DNA of 64,000 nt from Marsupella aquatica (Eukaryota; Plantae; Marchantiophyta): contig OZ316897.1 in assembly GCA_973895155.1 (NCBI GenBank), positions 16,660,058 through 16,724,057 on the forward strand, read 5' to 3'. The position numbers were made by a program, and so were the translations under genes. Below, piece by piece: positions 39,753-52,143 of the stretch. The notes below the pieces were generated by a model. It made no database searches. It was given only the letters and a program-made list of their open reading frames with translations, and had not been told where the DNA came from. Numbering within the stretch: the stretch's first letter is position 1; every line of letters begins with the position of its first letter.

Positions 39753-40749
39753 TCGGTTCATCAGAATAGAGTGCTAAGTGTTTGGCATGCTCCTATGCCT
39801 TCAGTGATGATTGGTTGCGAAGTTGGGGTTTGCCAAGTTCATATGCATCACCAAGTCCGGTTGAATCACGACATTCTTACATAACAGACTTAAAAGATAT
39901 GTATGGGAAGAAGGGCAGATGTTTGGGAAGACGAAGAGAGGTTTCGCGGATAGTTCAAACAGCTCAATCACAGGTTTGAATTTGTAAAGCAATCTTCTGA
40001 ATTATTTGTGCCTGCACATCTCTTTATAGTTTGTAGACACATTTTTGCCTGTTATGTTTGCACCCGTATGATTTTGTCAACTACTGTAATTATTCGGTGA
40101 TTGTATTTTCAGGGGGATTCTCACGGCCAAGCTCTCATGTATTTGAGCGCCATGGAGGCCACTTCCATCATTGATATAGGCAATGATGAGCCTGAGGACG
40201 GATCGTCTAAGATACCTTTGGTGACACCAAAAGTAGAGGGTGGGGAGTTGGGGAAGAAACGAAAGGTTGAACAGGAATCAGCTAGGAAGGTGAACTGTAG
40301 CCAAACGTTGTCGAGTCCAGATACAATGCCTTTTTCCCTGAGTGTGGCATTCATGTCAATTATAAGCGTTTGGTGTTGGTAAAGACACCTCTTGGATTCT
40401 TGAGTCAAGCACTTGGCGGAAACTCACCTACTGTGACTATTCCCGCTCATTCCTCCCAAAGGAAACTTCCTGTGGATGATTGACTTTCAAGTTATGATCC
40501 AGGAAAAATCATTGCCCTCTCCAATGTAAATTGTGCATCTACAGTTTGTAGTGAGGAGAGCTATGGTGACAATTGTTAGAAGATGCATTCAAGAAAGGTT
40601 TGCTTTAACTCAGTTTTTGTTTTGTGCAGCAAACTCGTGCACAACGGGGCCGAAAGTCCCAGTATTGAGCTCTGTGTAAGTTCCTTTTTGGATTCTCTCC
40701 ATAGCTTATGTTCATTGCTCTGTATGATTTGCACTACTTGTAGGTCGTG

Positions 40750-41246
40750 GAGTCAGTAACTCCAAGTCCTTGTGTCAAGACTCTGACTCTTTGAGTTGGG
40801 GGTCACGGTCCTCATGTCAGGAATTGTGGTCCTTGTGTGAGGACTCCGGGTCCTTGAGTCAGGACTCGGGGTCCTTAAGTCAGGACTTGGGGTCCTTGAG
40901 TCAGGACTCCGGGTCCTTGAGTCAGAACTCTGGGTCCTTGAGTTAGGACTCCGAGTCCTTGAGTCAGAACTCTAGGTCCTTGAGTAAGGACTCTGGATCC
41001 TTGAGTAAGGACTCTGGCTCCTTGAGTCAGGACTCTGGGTCCTTGAGTAAGGACTCTGGGTCCTTGAGTCAGAAGTCGGGGTCCTTGAGTCAGGACTCCG
41101 GTCCTCACGGTTCTTTAGTCAGGACTCCCGGTCTTGACTCAAGGACTCCGGTCCTTTAGTTAGGACTACGGGTAACTGATGATCAGTATTGTCTTCTAGT
41201 CAAGATTGGGGGTCCTTTAGTCAGGACTTGAGGTGCTTGAGTCAGG
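40750..41246. repeat. 21-bp tandem array, consensus GGGTCCTTGAGTCAGGACTCC
   Basis: About 13 regular units at 40829-41105 plus degenerate flanking units. Confidence 0.92.
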
Positions 41247-41340
41247 GTGCCGGATTGAGATTCTCTTTAGTTTTCAAGAGAAACCATCCGGTGACCAATA
41301 GTTGATATGTAACCCTTCATATATTATCTTTGTGCAGATC

Positions 41341-41937
41341 ATGGACAATCTTGAGGACAAGTTCACCACCCTAGTGGATATCAAAATTGACCACATGTGG
41401 GGAGTTTGTGCTGGGTCATTTGTTTATGAAGGCTGCAATGTTTTGTTGAGTGATGGTAAGCCATGCACTTTGGGCAAGAATGCCCGCAGGCTAAGAAAAT
41501 TGAACCCTCAGTCTCCCGTGGGTCCTCGTTCTCGAGGACGATCCGAACATGTCTGCTGCAGTGTTGGAATTGGCAGTTTTATGTACTGCTTTGCTGTGCA
41601 AGTCGGGGATTACGTTATTTTGGTGAATGAAGATTGCGGGTTGCAGCTACTGGGGATGTTAGGAGAAGCCTTTAAGAAGCTATGGGAGAGTAGCCCAGAG
41701 AAGGTGCAAGAAGTCTGTGGGCAGGTGTAGAGTGAATTGTGGACCATCACGTGTATGGCAAAGTTAGGCCGTAGTGATGACCTTCGAGCAGTGAGTATTG
41801 TTAAGGCTCGTGGGCATCTGCAGGTAGATGAAGCTACTTGCGCTATAATAAATCATTCGGACAGAGATGAATTTAAGCCCAATGTTAGTAAGACTAAGAT
41901 CGGTACCTCACCCAATTTTGGTGATAAATTGTCTTGA
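41341..41937 (+). pseudogene. RPA70 C-terminal (zinc-ribbon OB-fold)-like remnant
   Basis: FVYEGC...KPC...C...YCFAVQVGD...GLQLLGMLGEAFKKL...WTITCMAK follows the RPA1 DBD-C pattern; TAG at 41728. Confidence 0.45.
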
Positions 41938-42882
41938 TACCACCAAAGATGGTGGAGCAACAACATTTCATAGACTTCAGCGTGCTATTTTGGACTTTTC
42001 TGGAGACCTCGTCATGTCTTTGAAGTCTTTTTGTATTTTGGAGGAGTAATTAGAGTGCTATAGTATGTAGCAGACTGTTGTAAACATGATGTCGGACCTA
42101 TCGAGAAGGGTGACCACCCTTCTCGTTTTTCATGATCAATTTTTTTTCTAAGGCATGTAAAACCCGATACAAATTGTGCATTCCAGAAAAATAGTCATCC
42201 ATGCTTAGGAGGAATGCAAACACCGATACGGGTATTGACCTTTGCACTTGCAAATTCTTTGGTTATCAGAAATTTACAGAAATGGTGAAACTGTGCATAA
42301 CCGCGCAGTAGGCTCTACTATGGTTAAGTTTAACTAGGGTTAAGCTAGAAATTAACCATAGCTACCTCCAAAAGTATAAATATGACTGCCCGCTCATGGA
42401 AAGAAGTTTCATTTTTTCAAGTCCTCTTTCACAATCAAGCTCTCACCCAGCCCAAAGAAAACCTCCTCTCCATACAGATGCGCATTCTGGTCTTAAGAGT
42501 AAGCTTTCCACTTTCCAAAGCAAACTGTGATACTCGTATCGTAATCAGCTTTGTAGAAAGCAACTTGCGATACTTGTATCGTAAGTTGCATTCAAACCTA
42601 AGTTTCAAACCCTCAGCAATACAGGTATCGCTTGGTGCATTGAGCCAATTCAATTAGTCTCATGGTGCAGGAGTGAAAATACTTCAATCATGGTTTAGAT
42701 TCTGTCTCTTGAAGATTGTAAAGCCGTCTGCTGCTCATCTCGTAGTTCTTCATATTATGTTGGGGCCCTTATTTTCTCTTGGGTAGTTGTTGGTCGGATC
42801 CGAAAGCCAATAGCGATACTTGTATCACTCTTTGGATTGAGTAGTGTAGATTTAGGACGGACTGCGCTACAAAGGGCATCAC

Positions 42883-43225
42883 CACCGAGACAGGAAACAG
42901 GAAAACAGGATTACTGTACCAGCAAAAAGTTTCCTGTTACCAGGAAAATTTTACTGTTACCAGTAAAAAACACGATCTAAAAATGTACCATTTAAAGTCT
43001 TATTTTTCAAAATAATTAAAATCATGGGTTTTTTTCCGAGCGCCAAGCGCTGCTATTGTTAGCTCTGGGCGCTAGCAATATAATGATGACAAACCAAAAC
43101 AAAAAAAAACTTTTTTTCCCCCAAAAAAAAAATTTCCAAAAAAATCCAAAAAAAAAACCAAAAAAATTCCACCCACTTTCCTGTTACCAGTAACTATTTC
43201 CTGTTACTGTTTCCTGTTTCCTGTT
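42883..43225 (-). mobile_element. MITE copy (one end truncated), inverted relative to 44862..45187
   Basis: Starts CACCGAGACAGGAAACAG; same internal AGCGCC..GCGCT box and poly-A/T tract as the second copy in the opposite orientation. Confidence 0.75.
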
Positions 43226-44861
43226 GTTTGTAAATACCCCCGCTGCAAAGATCATTGGACGGGGTCACTTGTGACCTCTAAGGTGGACCTGACAAAACCC
43301 CACCTAAACAAACACAAATACTCTGTTCCGTTCGCTTACAAGCAAAAATGTGCCCAACAAAAGTTGGGCTCGACAATCTTTTGAGTGCCCAAAGAGTGAC
43401 GGCCTCGTGTCTATATCCTCTCCCATACAATGTTTCCCATTTTTTCTTGTCTTTGTGAGAGCTCGTGTGAGAGATTTTGGAAAGGAGCATTGTTTGGCTA
43501 GATAGGAGACTGAGGAGGTGGTGTGGCCTGGCTGATTCAAAAAGAAATAGTTTTACCCTGTAGGCAACACCAGAACAAGTTCTAGAGGCGACGCAAATGA
43601 AGACAGTGTGAACCATGGTTTGTACTGTGAAAAGGATTTGGTCTGCTTCTTGAGTCATTCCCCTTAGTTGGTTTTGCACAAATAGTTTTTGAGGCATTCC
43701 GTGTGGCTTGTGAAAGACATATGAGATAGTCGTATTGCTTCGAGTAGGAGTCTTTGTGTTTTGTCATCTAAAGAGGAATTGGCGGATGGATTGGAAAGTG
43801 TTGGCCCAATCCGAAAGCAAATTGCGGTGCTTGTATCTCTCTTGGGATTGAGTCATGTTGTTCTCAGAATTAAGCTGAATTCAGTAATCCTAGTTAAAAC
43901 ATCAGAAACTAGAGACTCCATTAGAGCCTGCAATCTTGTATATGTAGCCCGATCGTGGATTCATGGATCCTCTTGGGGGTTTGTAAGGTGTTGGCTTGTT
44001 AAGAAAGCAAAGCTTGTTCCCTCGTTCTTCTCTCTCTGCTCAATGGCAACATTCCCAAAGAGCGGAGGAAGACTTGCAAGTCTGAAGGGCTTAGAATTCA
44101 TCGCTGTCGATTTGGCCATTCCCACAATAACAATCATGACATAGTACTCGCTCAAATTGATGCAGCCAAAGGGCGACAAAGGAGAGGACAGTGAGTTGAT
44201 CATAGTCACCACCGGCAGAGAAGGAGTTGCAGCTTGTCATGTCTGTCAATCTATCTTTCCTTTTGTTCCAATTGTTTTGTAAGTTGCTCTTTTGCCTCGC
44301 TGCGGGCATTGGCAATTCTTCTGCGATTTTGAGTTTTGAGAAGCAGATTAAGTGATCAAACTGATAGTTTACATTGATCGCCAGTATCGTCGGCCTTTCT
44401 TCATTTTTTGAGCTTCCTGAGCTTCAGATTTGACTCACCGGCACTACATGTCATTGTGCAGATGGACAACGATAGCCTTGACCCTTGTTGGATTAGAACC
44501 GCATGAGAATCGATAGCAGCTCCCAATAGACGCCCCTGCTCAAGGTTCTTGGACCCAGTAGAAAGCAACTTGGATGCCGTATTCAGAAGAAAGCAAAGCG
44601 CGATACTTGTATCGCTCGTGGGATTGATCAAGCAGTGTAGATCTCAAATTTGATCTGCCAAAGGAAAACAATGGAAGGAAGTGCAAGGACAGGGTCTGCT
44701 GAGACCGAGAACCTCATGACAACTTTGTGTAATGTGATTTGGACGACATAAGATATTTGTGATGAACAAAAGTTTGTGAGGAGACCTTGGTACTTTCGGG
44801 ATACTCGAATGTTGTCCAAGGAAGCAGCTGACTGGGAGACACCCGTTCTTTGGGGTATAAC

Positions 44862-45187
44862 CACCGTGCTAGGAAACAGTAAACAGGAAACAGGAAACAG
44901 TAAACACTAACAGCAAAATGGATGAGAATTTTTTGAAAACTTTTTGAAACTTTTTTGGAATTTTTTTTTTTTGGGATTTTTTTTTTTTTGGTTTAAATTT
45001 TTGACATTTTTTTACTAGCGCCCCAAGCTAGTAATAGTAGCGCCTGGCGCTAGCCAAAAATGATCGTTTTTAAAAATATTTTGAAAATTTTGAGTTTTAA
45101 TGAGAAATTTTTTATATCTCATTTTTGCTGATAACAGTAAAATTTTGCTCATAACAGGAAATCATTTTCCTGTTTCCTGGCACGGTG
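44862..45187 (+). mobile_element. MITE, 326 bp
   Basis: TIRs CACCGTGCTAGGAAACAG...CTGTTTCCTGGCACGGTG (17/18); TSD ambiguous (TAAC/TAAA). Confidence 0.85.
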
Positions 45188-45190
45188 TAA

Positions 45191-48100
45191 AGCCTCGTTC
45201 TTTGGGTTCAAGTGAAGAAAACAGAGAAGTTTACACTCTCCTTTGGTCCAGTAATTGGGGTTGCCGCATGTGACTTTAAGAAGGGTCATGGGAAGGAAAA
45301 ATCTGTCGCTATTGGATTGAGCTTCCTCACAATGTGTGGAAGCAAGGGTTTTGTGGCCCTTGTCGTGGACATGGATTTGTATGATCTCTCAACATTAGAC
45401 AAATTTCCCGAAGACCATATTGTGAAGGAAGTCGCGAGTACAATTGAGATGGAGATCTTCAAGCCTGAGTGGGTTGCTAATGTTGTGGATGATTCGAGTC
45501 CTTTGATGCTGCCGTTTGTCCAGAAAGAGTATAAGAGACTCGTGGGTGAAGAGTTTAAACCCACACGAAGGATCAAAGTAAGGAAGCCAACCATTAGCGG
45601 GAGTGGCGCATCTTCAGTTGCAAAAGGAGTTGATTGTGCTAGTGGGATCGGGGGACATGGGAAAGGGAATTCCCAAGTAGAAGCTACCATGAGAGTGATT
45701 CTAGGTGAAGCACCTCAATCTGTAGAGGCAAGCCCAGGCGCTACTACAAGTGTTGGTCGTGGTCGAGGTCATGGTCGTGGAAGAGGTCGTGGAAGGGGAG
45801 TTGTGGATGAATTGGTACCTGTCGAGGCAGAGGTTCCATCGCCATCAACTTCACTTGCAAAGAAGAAGAGGACAGGTTGGATTGGAGGCATAGGAGTAGC
45901 TCTAGCTGCAGATTCAAGTGGTGCAATAAGCACTCCAGCTGTGTCAATGCATCAATCCGAAGAACAATTACCCCTTACCTCAGGTCCAACCTCAGCTGTC
46001 GTTAGCATTCCCCTGGTAAGTTTATTTGTCTAGCATTTTGAATTCTTCTTAAAATTCATTGCAAGCCATGTTATTTTTCAGGGAGATGAGGAAGAAGAGA
46101 CGCCGTTGGCTTCATTTGAGACAGATGCCATCAAGGCTGAACTTGCAAAGCTCATGCTTGAACGCAGAGTCCAGAGGACCAGTGTGCTTCTGCATGTCAA
46201 TAATCTCATTTTTGAAGATGAGGGTGAGAATTCAACTTTAGTTAGACCTGTAGATCGGCTACATGTAGAGAACATCAAAATGTTGCTCATGAAAAACCCT
46301 TCCAACTTCACGGCTCCATTTGTTGTTGTAGTTGATCCAACAGATTGTCCCACAATTCATGAGTGGGACATTACTAAATCTAGGGTATGGAAGTATCGAG
46401 TGATTGGCGGTAATCATGGAGCTCGTGCAAAGGCTGAACTTTTCAAAATGTATGGAAAGCAAGTGTACGGTGAGATTGAGGCATGGGTTTACTCTGGTCT
46501 AACGAGACATGAGATCAGGATGCTGGATTTCCAGCATAACTATGACCAGGAGTACCGGAAAACCATGACATCGATTGACAAAGTTTGTGCCTGTCACAAT
46601 ATTTTCATGGAAATGAATGTGGGGTCAACTAAAGAGGTGCGAGAAGCTTGTTGTAAGGAATGTATGCTTGATTACACTCCAGGTGTTCGTGACTCAATGG
46701 CCAAACATGACCCTACATTTCAGATTGCCTTTCGATCTGGGGAGATTTGGGAGCTCCAAGATAAAATTTTCTCTATGTGGCAAAAGTTTGAGATCCTTGG
46801 TCAAACAAAGCCAATCGTGGCCAAGCAGCCGTCAGCAACATCAAAAGGTAAATCAAAAGCTAAACCTAAACCGCTGAGTGCAAGTGAAATCAAAATGAAC
46901 AAGCTCTCTGGGCATTTCAATTTGAGGGTCTTCAGAGCTCTCCAGGGGCTTTCCAATCAGGAGCATGTGAAGCGACTCCTAAACAGAGTAATTGGAAAAA
47001 AAATCACTCTAGAACAAATGTTCAAAGAAGGTGAGACACTTAAGAAGTTGGCAAAGGTAAAGAAATTGTTCCTGCAGATTTCTGGTCAAAAAGATTGGGC
47101 AACATGCCGGGAAATGTTTCCCCAGGAAACCGATGTGAAAGTCCTTTCAACTTGGTGCGAAAAGCTCATAGAAGCAGTAAGCACAATGTCCTTATGGCCT
47201 TTTGTTTTCAGTTATATATATTCAAAGCAAACATTTGAGATATTGAATGCAGGTAGTGTTACTTGTATCACTGGTGGCATTCGAAATTTGTGTTTGGAAA
47301 TCTTACAAAGAGTTTTGTTTAATGTGCAGTTCAAAATCAGTTCAAAGAGGAAGAAAAAAGTCATTTCTGGAAATGAATTTGACGAGGGCGTGGAGGTCGA
47401 GATTCCTTCATGTGACATCCCCTACGTCTTCAAGAACTATGTTCTTGAAGCAATTGAAAAACACAATCGGAGACTGAATATCTCATCAATTGCTACAGCT
47501 TCATCTCAACATCAATGGAAGAATGCAAATGGAGACGCATTCTCATATTCTCTTCATGTTGGAGATATTCGAAAACTAGAAACCTTTCTAGAGCCAAAAC
47601 ATTTCACTTTGGCAATTGCAGAGATCCCGTATGGTTTCAATGCCCCTGGTTCTCAGTTTGACGAGGAACCTTTCACTGAACAGGATGTAAATGAGATGGT
47701 TACTAATTTTGCTAAAATCACCACCTCTCCAATGTGGAGGTTTGTTGTGATCCATTCCTTGCAGCAGACAAATAGCGTTATGAGCGCACTTTGCAATTGC
47801 AGAGTTGAGGCCGGTATATGGGAGAAGACAAACATCCATGAGCACCCTTCTGGGCCAAGGCTAGCTTGGGCCTTTGAGAACTGGTCAATTGGTTATTACA
47901 ATGAGGATGGAGTCCGAAAGAAGGAGATGTACAATTTTGCTCCTGATGAGTCCAGGGTGAACATTGTGAAAGTTCCCTGTGTTACTACAAAGTCTGTGAG
48001 TCCATTAGGGTTTATTGTAAACCCTTACCAAAAACCAATTGCATTGGGTGATTGGTTTGTTAATCATTTCAGTGAGAAAGGGGACTGGGTGGCAGACCTT

Positions 48101-48436
48101 TGTTGTGGAACCGGGTCAACATTGGTGGCTGCACTTCTCAACTCTCGGAATGGGTGTGTTGTTGACAAAGGTGAGACTCAGGTAGAATTTTTGAGGAGTC
48201 GGATTATGACATTGGAATCTGTTTGGACTCTATACGATGAAGCACAAGTGTCCGGTGAAGGTGGCCAGGGACAAGAAGTTCAGCCTCCGGTTGGTGGGCA
48301 GTTGGGAGTCATTGGTACTAGCATTTATGTGGATACTGATGACCAGGAGGAGCCTGAAGAAAATGAGCCAAACATTGAAGAAAAGCTACCTAGAACACCG
48401 GACGATGGGGAACTCAATGATATGTTGTTAGATTAG
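45191..48436 (+). CDS. ParB/Srx-like domain fused to a beta-class N4-C/N6-A DNA methyltransferase-like domain
   Basis: Introns 46016-46081 and probably 47177-47329. ParB-like VRPVDRLHVENIK...YRVIGGNHG (46403-46417). MTase order: motif IV-like AEIPYG (47621), NPYQKP (48029), motif I WVADLCCGTGSTLVAA (48095). 5' end probably interrupted by the MITE. Confidence 0.8.
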
Positions 48437-48658
48437 ATGTGTGCAATAACACTATTGAGGATTTATCAAGGCTTTCTATTAATGATTGAGAACCTTGATA
48501 AACATATCTCTATTTGAGGTTTGAAATGCAATTGGCGATACATGTATCGGATGTAGCATTCCCAACAACATTCCTACCTATCTGCACTTTTCCTACTCTA
48601 ACTAGTCACACTCATCTGCATCAATGATTTCCGTGTCGAGCATTGCTGCTTGGATGAT

Positions 48659-51600
48659 TCACTTTGTTTGTACTGGAAGCGTGTTGTTTGAGAGCAGTGC
48701 AAAATTATATGCATAAACTGCGGTTTCTGAAAGGCACAATGTGTCCTCAAGTAACTTGTTAAAGGATGCAGCTTTTTTAGGGTAATATTGACCTTCCATA
48801 GCAGACCCTTCTCGAGAATCCATTGTATGCCATACAATTTTGATGTTCTCTGGAACATCTTGTACTTTGGATAGAATATCTATGACTTTTGCCATCCAAA
48901 ATGGTCTGCTGTTTGGATCCCTATATGCAGCCATGCAAATCATTGCATATTTAGTGTTCACTTCAAGATCTTTGAAGTCTCCCTCGACTGCTTTCTTCTT
49001 CCTTGTTCCAGAGTACATGACTGTTGTTGCGCCTGCAATTTTATCTAGCAAGGCTGGCTCTATTTGTGGGGGAAGTGCATTTCTTGGAGTCTCTACTCCA
49101 ATATTTGATTTTGGCCACGTCCAATCAAAAACCCATTGTCCTGCCTTCAAGTGGTGTTTAATCACTTCTTTCTGGTTGTCAAAGAAACGGAGCCACCAAA
49201 GTTTATCCTCATCATCAAAGTAATTGAATCCATCTTCAATTGATTTGCGATATTTCTCCAGGACTGCAACATGGTTGCAGAGAAGACGCTCGTCTCCATT
49301 GCCTCCGTCATCATGTTCATCATTCTCCACTGTTGCTCCGGTTGTAGATTTCAATGCCATTTGTGCAGCAACCCACATGGTAGATGTGGGGATGTATCTA
49401 AGGAACTCCACTGCTTCTCCCCAACTTTGAGTGCTAGAAAGATGCTTTGCGTGAAACAAAGTTGAAGTTCCTCCATTCTCTCCTACAACCCTCTTCATCC
49501 TAAATTGCTTTTGACCACTAATACCATGTAGAGGACACAAAACATGCCCAATACCTCCCATGTCATTGGGTTGGTCTTTATCCGACACAAACTTCTTGAA
49601 ATCAGCAACCTCTTCAACAAAAATTATCTCAGCCTTTGGATTGTACGAATCCTTGAGAATGTCTGCAAGACTATCCACCCGAAAAGCTTTTCGCTTATTT
49701 AATTTTGAGGAGAACTTGCTGAACATTTGGTCAATCTGATCATGGGTATGTCCAACCAAAAGAAAACCAACTTTGATCTTTTGGAAAACCCTCATCTCAA
49801 CAAGCATATTCAAATATGCCATGAGAAATTTATTTCTATTTTCTCGAGGGGTATTATCAAGTTGTAGATACAACATTGGAGGGAGTGGACCTTCCCAACT
49901 ATTTAAAATATGTTGGATCACATGCACTGTCAAGTTGGTGTCATTGTGAATGTTTGGATAATTCAAAAACACTTTTGATGTCAAATGTCCATTGAACACC
50001 AAACAGCCCACCACATGTACCGGAATAAAGTACTTCTCGTCCATGTTTTTGGGGCACCTAGTGAAATGTGGCAACTCAGTCTTTTTTTGATCCATACCAT
50101 CAATGCAGATCCCCAAATATTTTTCTGGACTCTTATAGCACTTGCTTTGGTGCTTTGCTAATTTCTCCCTCTCAACTCCTGGTGCTTTCCGATGTTGGTT
50201 CAAAAGTGTTGAATATTTTCTTGTCAAATGAACGTCAATGTTTTTGTCAATAATAACCGCATCACCAAACCAAACAAGTAAATAATGTAGTACTTAACAT
50301 CAATCCTTTACTTATTTAAAGGTAGACACAACTTACATTTTTCTGCTTCAAGTACTGCTTTGTCGCGAAGTGCTTTGAACTCTGTGCGAGGACCGCATGT
50401 GGAGAAGCGACTCCTTTTTGGAATACGCACCCTGGGGAACTCTTTGTTCCAAATGTGAACAAACCAAGAATATGTGATCTCGGTTTCCTTCTGCACCATA
50501 GTATCAGTCTTGAAAGCATCAAATACTTCAGCTTTCGTCCAATTGTTTGGTAAGTGGAAGATGTCCTTGTTTGGAAGACTTTCAACATTTGACATGAAAA
50601 ACTCATTCAACCATTGAACTAGTGAAAGATGAGTAACCGATTTTTCCTTGCAAAATGTGTCATTTTGAATACAAGAAAACGTATTCCTTGAGATTCTCTG
50701 CAGCCGATTATTTCCAACGGAAAATAATTTCTTGAAACCTTCTCGACAAAAAGATCTCCCATCAACAATGTAACCAGTTGGACCACCGTGCCCACTTTTC
50801 AAACAGCCCCTTAGAAGTATGTTCTTCTTGGTCGATGATAAGCCATAATAGAAGGTCCGGTGTTTTGTCACTAAATCGAGACCAAAATTTCTCAAACACA
50901 AATTATCACAACATGGGTACTTAAAAACTTCTTTCATTTTTTTTGTCTTTAAATTTTGATTTGTAACATTATCTTTCCTCACAAGCTTGTCTCTCACTTT
51001 CTTGCTAAGCTCCTTTTGTTTCTCCATACTGTGAAATCCATGGAGTGAATTTTCACTCTCTTGTCTCTCTGCAACTTCCGGAATAGAGCCATTAGTATCT
51101 TTTGAGCTACTATCATCTGAAGATAGAGTGGGATTTCTCGGATCACTAAAGAGATGACTATAGCTACTCTCACCCTCATTTGTTTCCAAACATTCTGATA
51201 CAACTTGTGCAATGGCTTGCGACTATCTATTTTCCTCAACATCTTCCTCCTCACTTGACTCATCAGAAAACACTATTGGACTACTTGGTTCTCTGTACAT
51301 AATTCCGACTCCGCTAAAACTAGTGAGGCCTCATCTAGCAACTTGAAGACGTCTAATTGGCTGTCTAGAAACACTCCTAGTTGCAGAAGTGGGTCTGGCG
51401 GTCATCAATGGTGTGTCTTGATTGTTCCCCAAACTTGTATTGTGTACACGAGCGGCTGCCATTGGTCCATTGATTGGAGAAGCATCGAATAATCATTGTA
51501 CACATCTCCCCACTGCAATTTGAGATTGCGCAGATTCTGGACTTTGTAGTCCGTTGTCTTTGCTGTTGCTGGGAACCAGTTCTCTTCGACGCAATGCAGA

Positions 51601-52143
51601 CGGTGATCCACGTATCGTTGTGTGTATTGTACCTTGTGTTCTCACGTCTATCCCAAGAAATATCCTTCCCTGCACCTGTGGCAAAACTGATTCCCTCAAA
51701 GGCAATGCAAATGGCGATACACGTATCGCTGTTTGCATTCGACCTTCTCTTCTCTCCTCTGGCACCTATTGGAAACTTGAAGCGTCAATTGGAGATTCCA
51801 ATCTCGTTGCCGATACGCGTATCGTCTTCTTGATTCCTTCACCATACCCAGGGATAGACGGTCTAAATCGACGTCTAGAACCTAAACCTTGGATAGAAAG
51901 CTTTTGCATCCGAGGGGAGGGAATGTTTAGGAGCCGACGTTTATCAGGTTTACTAGGTGACACATAGTAAGCCCCAGGTTCTGGTTCAAAACTTCCATCA
52001 GAATCAGAGTCCGATATTTCAGGTACACTCTGTTGAGAAACTGGGAGTAATTTGCAAATATGATTTGGCAAACATCGACGACCATGAGGACCACCATTGG
52101 GGGAGGATTCAACTGAACTGGAGGGCGACCACTCTTCAGACAT
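48659..52143 (-). pseudogene. DUF7869-type (Sola1-like) DDD transposase 1
   Basis: ICIDGMDQKK, LYLQLDNTPRENRN, FLLVGHTHDQIDQMFS; upstream exon with CCDNLCL and WNKEFPRVRIPKRSRFSTC; donor GTAAGT at 50336 with degenerate acceptor; broken low-complexity N-terminus. Confidence 0.85.

Larger units (their letters stand above)
33212..39979 (+). pseudogene. FGLP..VNWA domain + coiled coil + RING-H2 gene, split by a solo LTR and an inversion
   Basis: One frame over 33212-34395 with three stops. It continues on the inverted piece 38434->37764 (intron, then CPMC...SCGHTYHPSC) and resumes near 39770 (AKCLAC.YAFSDDWLRSWG). 132-bp tandem duplication near 33290-33570. Confidence 0.75.

Noticed and set aside
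40875-41159. ORFs with VLTQGPR / SKDSGSL heptad repeats
   Set aside because: By-products of the 21-bp tandem array being a multiple of 3; no start context or domain
40750-41246. CRISPR-like array
   Set aside because: Units are head-to-tail with no unique spacers, no cas genes, and the context is eukaryotic
42319-42361. Hairpin CTATGGTTAA...TTAACCATAG as an element terminus
   Set aside because: No matching terminus or TSD found at the other side of module 1
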